This document shows positions 54,681 through 64,000 of a DNA stretch of 64,000 nt, one piece after another (positions within the stretch are counted from its first letter, which is position 1; each line of letters starts with the position of its first letter). The stretch comes from Spizellomyces punctatus DAOM BR117 (taxonomy: Eukaryota): NCBI GenBank assembly GCA_000182565.2, contig KQ257463.1; one strand, written 5' to 3'. The translations under genes and the position numbers were made by a program. A model generated the notes under the pieces. It was given only the letters and a program-made list of their open reading frames with translations, was not told the DNA's origin and made no database searches.

Positions 54681-57219
54681 ATGTCCTTCTCCCAGTGCGC
54701 AGACTCCCATCTCCCCATCACACGTCCGTTTACGTCACTGGCCGCACTGGCAGAGTGGTCGCCAGGAACAGACGATTTCAATGTGGCTACTATCAAGTTG
54801 CGCCCTCGTCCGTGTAAAAGTGATGAACGGCTAGAAAGGGTCATTGTATGTCACGACATGGGTGGAGGTGTGTGAAAAAAAGGCTCAATGATTGCCTCAC
54901 CACGTTGGCAAACTGTACCTGAAATGTGAAGTTTCGTTGAGATAGGATACAAGGATGATTGTTATGTGCAGGGGAAAGAGGGCGATGGTGCTTATACCAT
55001 TCAATACTGGCAGTTTGTTGACATATTTATATGTGGGTGTTTGATGACCGTGTTATCAGATGGTGTGTTTGAAGACTGATAAAGTCCAAGATTTTAGTCA
55101 TTGGAGAGTAACGATACCACCGCCGGGATGGACTAATGCAGCGCATCGGAATGGGATCCAAGTTCTGGTACAAAGCTTTTGGATGCTTATCAGCTGGTTC
55201 CGTTCGATTTATGGTTTCGTGGAACAGGGCACATTCATCACGGAATGGGACGAAGGAGTCCAAGAAAATTATCGACTCGTATTTGGTCCAGACTGGGAGA
55301 AAGGATCAGAAGGGACTTTTAATCCATATTTTGCAGATAAGCTTGGTGAGAAGCAGTCTCCAGCAGTGTTGCTATCGCTCTCATATTTAAGGATACAAAA
55401 GTTCAAGTTGCCAAGTACTACGGATTTGACGGATGGTTTTTCAATATTGAATCACCGATGGATAAACCTGACGATGCGCATGTCATGATCGAGTTTTTAG
55501 AATATATCACCAGGAAGATGCCTGAGGTTTTACCTGGTTCTTTGGTGATCTGGTACGTCCACACTTGTTTGATGATTATGCTGAAGTCATTTGAGGTAAC
55601 AATTTGGTAACAATTGCAAAGGTACGACTCCCTGACAACAGAAGGTAAAATTGACTGGCAGGATCGTGTGACAGACCTCAACAAAGTAAGGAGGGTGGAA
55701 CAGTTCAAAATGATCTCTGTTCCTAAGTTATTTTGCAGCCCTTCTTTAATGTGACGGATGGAATATTTACAAACTACACATGGAAGCCAACCTATCCCGA
55801 CTCCAGTGCACTCGTGGCCGGCAACCGAAAACGGGCCGTTTACACTGGCATCGATGTATGGGGCCGCAACACGTTTGGAGGGGGTAGATTTAATGTCCAT
55901 AAAGCATTAAGGGTGATTTGCCGTGCAGAGACATCGTGTGCGATTTTTGCTCCGGGATGGTGTTGGGAAGGGTTCGACAGGGTAGGGTGGGAGGAGAGAG
56001 AGAGAAAATTCTGGTGTGATTCTTCAGTGGTGGTTCCAGATTTGCCTGAGGGATATGTGGATGAGAATGGTAAAATTTTCGGTTCTTGCTGCGGGTGGTT
56101 CGCCAAAGATGGGATTTCTGAACTGGTACGCCCATTTCAATTTGTTTAGACATGGGCTGTGTTGCGGATTACATCCGCAAAGTATCGTGTCCTGGTCAAG
56201 ATTGGTTCTACACCGATTTTGATAGAGGATATGGATCCAAGTATTGGGTTGACGGATTGGTAACGTAGCTCCTTTGGCGCCTGCTCTGTGCATGGTTTAA
56301 AGCCTAACATGTAGTTTAGCTAGTCTCCACTGCATCTTGGATCAACCATTCTCGACAGACGATCCCGCCTAGCTACCGAGCGAACTCGGTGTACCCCATT
56401 GCCCTGAACTTACGATCTCGCACTATTGGTCAGCACCTAAATCCTGCGACGAGCGCTACGTGGGATGTTTTTGGCGATTTAGCTTATACTGGCGGCTCAT
56501 CCGTCTGTATGCAAATATTGGGGGATGCCAATAGTCAGACTGACGATGACTGCATCCCCGCATGGATGTTCCGGCTGTATAAACTTGGCATTGAGGTGCG
56601 TCGTGACATGAGAATTGAAGCTGTCTGCCTAGGACCCGGTATGGGAATATGGATACGTACAGATGATGGGCACGTAAAAGTCATGATGAGTGACGACGAG
56701 GAGGGTTGGCGAACTATCAGAGTCGATTGTCACCTTTTTGGATCTTCAAAATGGATCGTGGAAATGGGAATTGTTGTTCTAGCGTGTCCGAGCAGTCCAT
56801 CTTATGCAAGCACTGTGTTTTCATCCTCGTCATTTTCATGTGATTGGTCATTCAAACCCGCCACCAAACTCGGCACTTCCACCTTGTCTGCCGAATTCCA
56901 TTTAGGATCCATGCGGATATATACACCTTGTCCCATCCCGGATCTTGAGGGAGCTCCCGAAATTACTTTTGAGTCACCAACCCCGACAGCGGACGGTACG
57001 TTTATAACTTCCATATGGATGCCTGATGCCTCCGTAGACCGCTGGGAAGTATATGTAGACAATAAGTGGATTGGATGCGCCTTTGTGAACATGTATCGGT
57101 CTGTGCATTTCGAGACTTGTCGTGTTGGGGTGGCCGTGAAAGGCTATGATGGCGTTGGGAGGCTAATCGCCTCTAGAACGGGATTATTTTCCGGTGCATT
57201 ACCGCAGGATGGAATTTAA
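54681..57219 (+). CDS. ENGASE: Cytosolic endo-beta-N-acetylglucosaminidase (GH85)
   Basis: VIVCHDMGGGY, FSHWRVTIPPPGWTNAAHRNG, GTFITEW, catalytic FDGWFFNIE, IWYDS, GIFTNYTW, GIDVWGR and IFAPGW. Confidence 0.94.
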
Positions 57220-57707
57220 CAGAGGAATTGTAAAATGTCCGGAAGTTTTCCCTATTGCTGTGCAAGCTCTGTTCTTTCGTAAATTTGCATGTGAACGTTA
57301 CCTACGAATTTGCTGACCATGTCTATTTATATTGAGATACCCTTAACTAGCTATTAAGGGATGCGCCGAGGGTACCGGCAAGGGCGATAATTAAATATCC
57401 CTCTAACATTGAGGTACCAAACTATCCAAGTAGGACAACATAAGGCATCAATAGGGTAAATATACGGAGCTTATCCCTTATTCTGGAGTTTTTTACATGT
57501 GAAAAGCTGGTTACATTGCATGCTGCGTTGCGTTATGTTTATGGCGGAACAGGTCGATTTCCGATCGTGTTTGCTAAAAATCTTGGCTCTTCTTTTTAAT
57601 TAGCTTGGACTTCTTGTCCGTTGTGACTGCCGTAATGCTATTACTTCTTGTCAAGGGATAACATTCTTTATTTTCTTTCTTTATACTGTCTAGGTTTTTG
57701 GAGAAAT

Positions 57708-60700
57708 ATGTATCTGCCTCAAGCCCTCGTCTTTTTATTATTCCACGCAAATCACCTCATAAGAGCCCAAAGCCCTCCAACCATAAAAATTGGGGTCATC
57801 CTTCCTGTCGACAGCGATGGTTGGGGAATTACGATTAAAGACACCATTCACTGGCGCCTGGATCAGTATACCAATAACAGCTTTGCCAGAAATGCAACAT
57901 TTGAGCTTGTGGCAGCGGTAAACCAAGTGGGTACGCAGAGTGCTGCCCTCGAGCTGGCCTACGAGATGGTTTATGAAAAAGCGGTGAATGCATTGATAGG
58001 TGAGTGATTCGCGGGGCGGTTGATATTTGAATTGATAGTTTTTACCAAGTTCTGACTGGCGGATTTCACAATGCAGGTATGGCCTCTTCGCCGTTGACAT
58101 CCCTCCTTGCACTGGTGGCTGCTGGCAAAAGGTAAAATAATCTTCTGTAGTGATGTGCATGCAAAGTTATCTAACAAACTTGATATTTCCCATCATAGAA
58201 TCCCGCACTGCGATGGCGTCAGTACAGCTATGTCTCTCGGCAACAAAGCTACCTACCCAACCTTCTTTCGTACCACCCCATCAGACGAATATGACGCTAT
58301 CACTATTGCTCAATTTATTTTTGCCCAAGGATGGCGCCAAGTTACCATCTTGGCTTCCACACAGGAATACGGCACATCGGTTTCTGAAGAACTCCTTGCA
58401 CAATGTACCCTGTATGGGATCAAGGTCCTTTCTCTCGTATTGTTTGACCCAGATGACTGTGAAACGGAGTGGGTGCAAACTATATCAGTGCTCAAGTCAT
58501 CTGGTGCGACGATATTCGTGTATGTCGGAGGTGGGAAGGACTTTATGACTGCAACGGACGAAGCGATGCGGCAGGGGATTTTCTCAAAGGATTATGTTTG
58601 GATTGGAGCGGGGGCAGTAATGGAGATAACTTGGTCGGACCTTGATACGGAGCTCGTACGACTACGGGATGGGACTTTCTTGCCGTTTCCGACAGAGTAC
58701 CCGGATAAGGCTCTTCAGACCAAGTTGGAGAACGAGTGGGCACAAGCCGATAAGGTCTTGTATCCGGCTTCAGCACGCCCTGTCGTCGATGGGGCAGGGT
58801 GAGTTGACACCTCGTCTTGTTGGCTATTTCCTGACAAGGTTGCAAAAACTGATTTCCAATTAGGTTTTACCTGGACTGCGCAGATCTCCTGATCCATGGC
58901 TGGAAAAAGGTAAACTGCTTAACCTTGCTCATGCGCACATTCTCGAAGCTAACGCTATCCTTTGTGAACAATCAAGCTCATTGATGACAATCCCGAACAA
59001 TTCAACTGGTCCTCCATCGCATCCAATCAGCTCGTCCAAAACTATACTTTCCGCTGCGATACAAATAATGATGCAGCAGTGGACTGCACTCCAACATTTC
59101 TAATAAACCAAACCAGTGTGACGAGCGTGATGAACTTTAATCCCATTACCGGGGACCGAATCGCGCAGTTCGTATAATGACTTGTTGTTTTTATGATTTG
59201 ATATGTCCTAATGTTTTTGCAAATAGATATTACAGCTGGTATCAACTCCGAGGGGGACATTTTAATACCTTGGTCGGGTACTGGAATAATGGACAAACCG
59301 TGATATACGAGGACCAGATCGTGTATGCCGGAAACTCCACCAAAAAGCCGTACGACCGACACGTGTGTACGTATTCCACATTGAACTGTCAACTTTGATC
59401 CGGATTTGACCTTGTGGTATGATAGCCTTTATAGGATACGGAACCGCAGGCGCATGGACGATCATCGCCACGACCGGGGCACTACTCCTCATCACCATTG
59501 CAACCGCAATCTTGTACTTTGTTTACAGAAGCGAAAACTATATTAGGGCTAGTTCGTGGATGTTTTCTGAGCTTATATTGGCGGGGGTGGCGATAGGTAG
59601 GTCGTCCAAGTTGTGGTCTGACTTTCACGTGTGCTGATGTGTTTGGAAAAAGGGTACGCATCGGTTCCTACTTTTATTGGGGATCCAGAGCACGCAGGGC
59701 GTTGTATCGGACAGATTTGGATGGTTGGGATGGCGTTCATCATGGTGAGTTTACAACGAGAGAGATTCCGCCTTCATTTGCTCAAATGCTGGTGTCATTG
59801 ACCAGGTGTTTGGAAACTTGGTTGCAAAGACCGGTCGGACGTGGATGGTGAGTGTCATTTATTATCTACATGGGAGCTTTGACTGGAAAGGTCTCATCGT
59901 CGCCGGCGTATCTAGCTTTTCCAGCGTTCCGAAGCGGGGCTAGTACCCAACTCCCCGATAACCGACTCTCAACTTCTCCGTCCGGCTGGCCTCCTCATTG
60001 GCATTCAAATTCTTATTTTGGGTCTATGGACAGGTTTCGATCAACCGCGGCAATTTATTGATTTTCCTCGAGCTACCAGATACTGCCAGTCCCAAGGGAC
60101 TACATTCAAGGCTGTCCTTTTCGCATACGATTCTGTTATTATATTTGCTGGTGTGGTGTTTGCGTTGCGAACGAAGGAGGTGGCCAAGAAGTTCAGGGAT
60201 AGTGCGAGCATTGGGCTGTCGGTGAGTTGTTGATCTTCGCATTACTCCCCGACTATGCGCCTTAACAACCCTTTCAGATTTACACAATTGCGCTGATCCT
60301 CTGCGTTCTGCTTCCCATTGTAAGTCTGGCTGCAGACCCTGTCATGTCCTGGGTATCTTTGGTAGTAGCGATCATCATATGCCCGAGCGCTATTCTCGTG
60401 TTTCTCTTCCTGCCTAAAATCTGGATTCTCTATCAACACAAAGTCAGAGGGATTGAACCCAGCAGGAAACGACATCGACGATTCCGCACCATAAATGCTA
60501 TGCTACAAACCAATCCCCTTGGCCCTCCCACAAATGACAGCAGGGTCCCAGGAGTGCGCGGCACATGTGACTCTGAACAGAAGGATGGGCCACTTCCTTT
60601 GGAGGTTCAAAACAGTGAAAGTTGGGGCTACGCAGACATTGCAAGCTTCTTTCGGGGTGTGTTTTCACCTGATGTACATACCCTCACGAGATGGAGATCC

Positions 60701-60982
60701 GGAAAGGATGTGCGAACCCTCAACAGGGTTTCAGTGAGCGCGGCGGCGGGTGCGGCCGTCGGCTTACCAGGGATCTTGTCCGTCCGGGCTCTCGATCAGG
60801 AAGAAGGTTTACCCCGCGAAGATACGCTGACAAGATTCAAATCACCCAAAGACTCCCAGTGCGTCGAAAATCATTCTGAGAGACAGCCGGGGAAGGCAGC
60901 CATGTGCTTGCCAGACATTGAACGTACCCGGCCATTAGAGCAGGAAAAGGAAATGAGCTGGAATAGCATGCTAGAATCTTAG
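57708..60982 (+). CDS. Class C GPCR, Venus-flytrap (ANF-receptor) + 7TM, GABA-B-like
   Basis: Signal peptide, IKIGVILP, LGNKATYPTFFRTTPSD, GWRQV, YVWIG; 7TM IRASSWMFSELILAG, FGNLVAKT, FRDSASIG and FLPKIW. Confidence 0.88.
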
Positions 60983-61326
60983 AAATCATGTGAAAATCCG
61001 GGTGTTTTGAATATAGGTCATCTTCGTTTTCTTTTTGTAAGTACCCCTAGAATTACCCTGAAAGAACAGTACGGAAAACCTCCAGAGTCACTGCCGATGA
61101 CAAAAACTCCGACTGCTTATGTAATCATGAATTATGTCATTGTTTTTCACACTTTTGGATCATCAAAGAAATCGGACCTTTGGGGGCCTTTCTTTTGCAC
61201 GTTGATTAGGGGTTTGGCTGGTTCTCCTGCAATTTGAATCCCGTAATCTTCGCCAAACAAACGAGCGACAAGCCCTTCCACTTGGTCGATTGTTGATCGG
61301 ACTTTGAAAAAAAAAACGCATACTGA

Positions 61327-62343
61327 ATGTGTCACGGATCTGACGGAGGCACAGCGTGCGTTGTGGAGAGACCCGTTCATCTTGGGGGTGTCGGCGATTT
61401 AATCGAGCCTACTTTTATAAAACTGCGTACGCGGAGAGACTGGAAACTGCGAGATATCCAGACTTTGTTTGGGAGGGTGGGCATGTCCTCGCCTGAGGAT
61501 ATCTTGAATTTAAAAGAAATCGGTTTAGAAATGGCAGTGGTTCGTGCGAATCAGGCGCAGATGGATGCCCGTGCAGCAAGTGAGACGAGCAAGAGGGATG
61601 GAGTGTCTCAGATGCAGTTGGACGACCAGGCCCTAAAGTTGCAACGACGACCGTCAAGGTTCTCTGTCGGTTCCGTTCGCCGTCCAAATCTTATCCGTCG
61701 ACAGAGTACCCCACCCCTCGTCAACAGCAATGCATCTGACGGATCAGATTCTTTAGCCACTGACCAACGCAAACCGTCTCGTTTTCAAGTCACTCAGCTC
61801 CCGTCCGATCGTCCTCCGTCCGCACCGCCTTCCTCCTCAACTCCACCGCCCGACATCAAAGTCATACCAGCAACACCTCACCTTGAGCTCCCGGGCCCAT
61901 TCATGAAAGACTCTCATCGCCAACTCCAAGCATCCACTTCCGCAGCAGTAGCAGCTGAACAATCATCTCCGGCCGTCCTGGCTCTCTCCATTCCTCACCG
62001 CTCGCCAACAACCCTCGCATGCGTCCGCCCACACGTCCTGGCCGAAAAACTCGCGGAACAACTTCCTTTTCCAACCATAGACCGTAAACCTGTTCCGCAT
62101 ACCATTGCAAAATCCAAACCCGTCCTTCCCTCCGGAGTTACACTATCCGAATCCGAGCCGCATGGAAATGGTTTTGTCGAACCCGCCGTTGTGGTATCCC
62201 AGCGGGGCAGGTTCACCGTCATCAGAGAACATAGTACTCATTGGAGACCGAGACAGACATTAACAAGAGAAAGTCGCTTCACAGTCGTTCGAGATGATCA
62301 CGATACGAGTCAAAAAAAGGACAGTCCTCCTATCGGTGATTGA
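61327..62343 (+). CDS. Disordered Pro/Ser-rich protein with four RFxV motifs
   Basis: Single 338-aa ORF containing PSRFSV, PSRFQV, GRFTV and SRFTV. Confidence 0.7.
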   Translation: MCHGSDGGTACVVERPVHLGGVGDLIEPTFIKLRTRRDWKLRDIQTLFGRVGMSSPEDILNLKEIGLEMAVVRANQAQMDARAASETSKRDGVSQMQLDDQALKLQRRPSRFSVGSVRRPNLIRRQSTPPLVNSNASDGSDSLATDQRKPSRFQVTQLPSDRPPSAPPSSSTPPPDIKVIPATPHLELPGPFMKDSHRQLQASTSAAVAAEQSSPAVLALSIPHRSPTTLACVRPHVLAEKLAEQLPFPTIDRKPVPHTIAKSKPVLPSGVTLSESEPHGNGFVEPAVVVSQRGRFTVIREHSTHWRPRQTLTRESRFTVVRDDHDTSQKKDSPPIGD

Positions 62344-63764
62344 GGAAAATCCATCTTTTTTTTGTATGTTGCTTCATGTTATGGTGGAAACCGAATTCCG
62401 TTTTTTGTGAATTATACCAATGTATATAGTTATATCCTTGTTGTATCTAGCAGCAAGATGCTCAACTCAAAGTACCTCATGCGTTATTTCATAGTGATTT
62501 TTTTTCTTTTTTTGGAAATTACATTTGCTTTTTCGCATGCTAATACATCATTGACCTGGTTTTTGCATATTGTACTTTGCTGGGTCTCGCTAAAAGGGCC
62601 TTTTTCAGAATCCCTTCTTGCGACCTTTTTGATTCCGATTGTATTTAGTTCCAGCAACGATGATAGTTCAAAATTAAAAAGTATTTTGAACCATCATCTC
62701 ATTTGACAAGCAAAGGCTCTCAGCAGACCATCGTTGTTGGACAAACAAGCCATGCGAGACGGGATTGTCGGGTTGATCGGAGACTGGGGAGCGCGCAGAG
62801 ATCACCATCTGGTCACCAAGGCATGAAATTGACCGCTGCGTTTTACAATTACGGGCAATTTATTGGAAGCTGGCTCATGGCGAGTTACCTTTGCAGCATA
62901 ACCTTTTTTTGCGAGTGATGTTGCATGTTGAACAGATCCATCTCATCGTTTGGTGATCCTGGTGCACAAGAACCCATTTGAACAAAAACCCAAAGCCAAG
63001 GATAACACAAATTGTTGGCCAACCAATTCAAGATGCCCTTGTGTATTGAGGACATTTGCCTGGTCGTCGTCGTTCATCCCATTCACCAACGGCCAAACAC
63101 AATTGTCCATTCAAACGCTTTGAAACGCCGTGGTCGTCGTTTCGTTCAAAACACCTCCTTCATTAATAAGAAATGGGTGGACGTTTTCCGCCGCGGGCCG
63201 CCGCCCAAGAAATTCCAAAACGGCAGAAAAAGCCCTCCGATAAGAACGTCACACACAAATATTGCCATAGCAACAAGGACATAGCCTCACACGTGATATA
63301 CTGCGCAGTGATTTGGAGAATTGTCACACTTTTCAAGCTTGAATTCCTTTTCAACTTCAGACTTTGATGGCGGTTTTTTTTCCTCCCGGTTTTTTTTTAT
63401 TTTGATTTTTTATTTTCAGAACGAGTTTGGTTTGCAAGTCCTTTTGAGGCGAGAACGATTTGAGAGAGTGTGTTTTGTTTGCTTCTCTTTTGGCCGTCCG
63501 TCCATTCATCCAAATCGCACACTCGGACGGAGCCTACGGAGGAGTTGTTGCACAACCTGTCAAGGGTGACAACGCACAAACGACCGAATAGCCCCATCCG
63601 CTCAGGCCGTAAACCAGGAACTCGTCCCGCGGAGACACTTATAATACTGCCCGTTGGTCTCCATTTTTCCTCGGCCGTGTTGACAGCCGAGGTTCATGCA
63701 GCCGAACCCGCTATTTGCAGGACATTGTTACCTACACGACAAACACGTACACGCTAAGCTTGAG

Positions 63765-63830
63765 ATGAGCGTGCAGAGTATAGGAGAGAGCGCGGCAGTG
63801 CTGGATCAGTTTTTGGGGAATCGACCGGAG
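63765..63830 (+). CDS. First exon of a probable RPEL-repeat protein (continues beyond window)
   Basis: MSVQSIGESAAVLDQFLGNRPE followed by a GTAAGG donor. The L-x3-L-x2-RP pattern matches the start of an RPEL motif. Confidence 0.45.
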
Positions 63831-64000
63831 GTAAGGGGGCTTTAGCGATGCGCATGGAATTTGTCATCATTGGGGTTTTTCTTTCCAGTTGGCTCAGACT
63901 ATATTTTCTTTTGCTTTTGGTTAGACTCATTTCGGACTAGGGGAAAATTCGTACTTGAATGTCCATGTCCAAGAGGCGGTGATGTGCTCACCTGCCTTTG

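Overview
Eukaryotic, intron-rich fungal genomic DNA with short (~50-70 nt) introns. The gene content (class C GPCRs, INPP5E-like phosphatase, 4EHP-type eIF4E, full-length KDM5) suggests an early-diverging, probably chytrid, fungus; this is inference only. About 20 protein genes can be supported: hemerythrin-like protein, inositol 5-phosphatase, CAF-1 large subunit, peroxisomal 4CL-like ligase, KDM5, USP7/Ubp15, BTB-like protein, RING-YEATS fusion, class II eIF4E, TBC1D13-like RabGAP, OPT transporter, arrestin-like protein, two class C GPCRs, C2H2 transcription factor, GH85 ENGase, an RFxV-repeat protein and partial genes at both ends. A ~6 kb repeat-rich island (26.4-32.5 kb) centres on a tRNA-Pro(CGG) gene preceded by a tandem array of tRNA 5' halves, and is flanked by scrambled copies of an unidentified coding element. 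The most notable items are a class C GPCR whose ligand-binding domain is a PstS-type phosphate-binding protein, the tRNA-half array, the RING-YEATS fusion and a protein with four RFxV docking motifs. Exon boundaries were inferred by eye.
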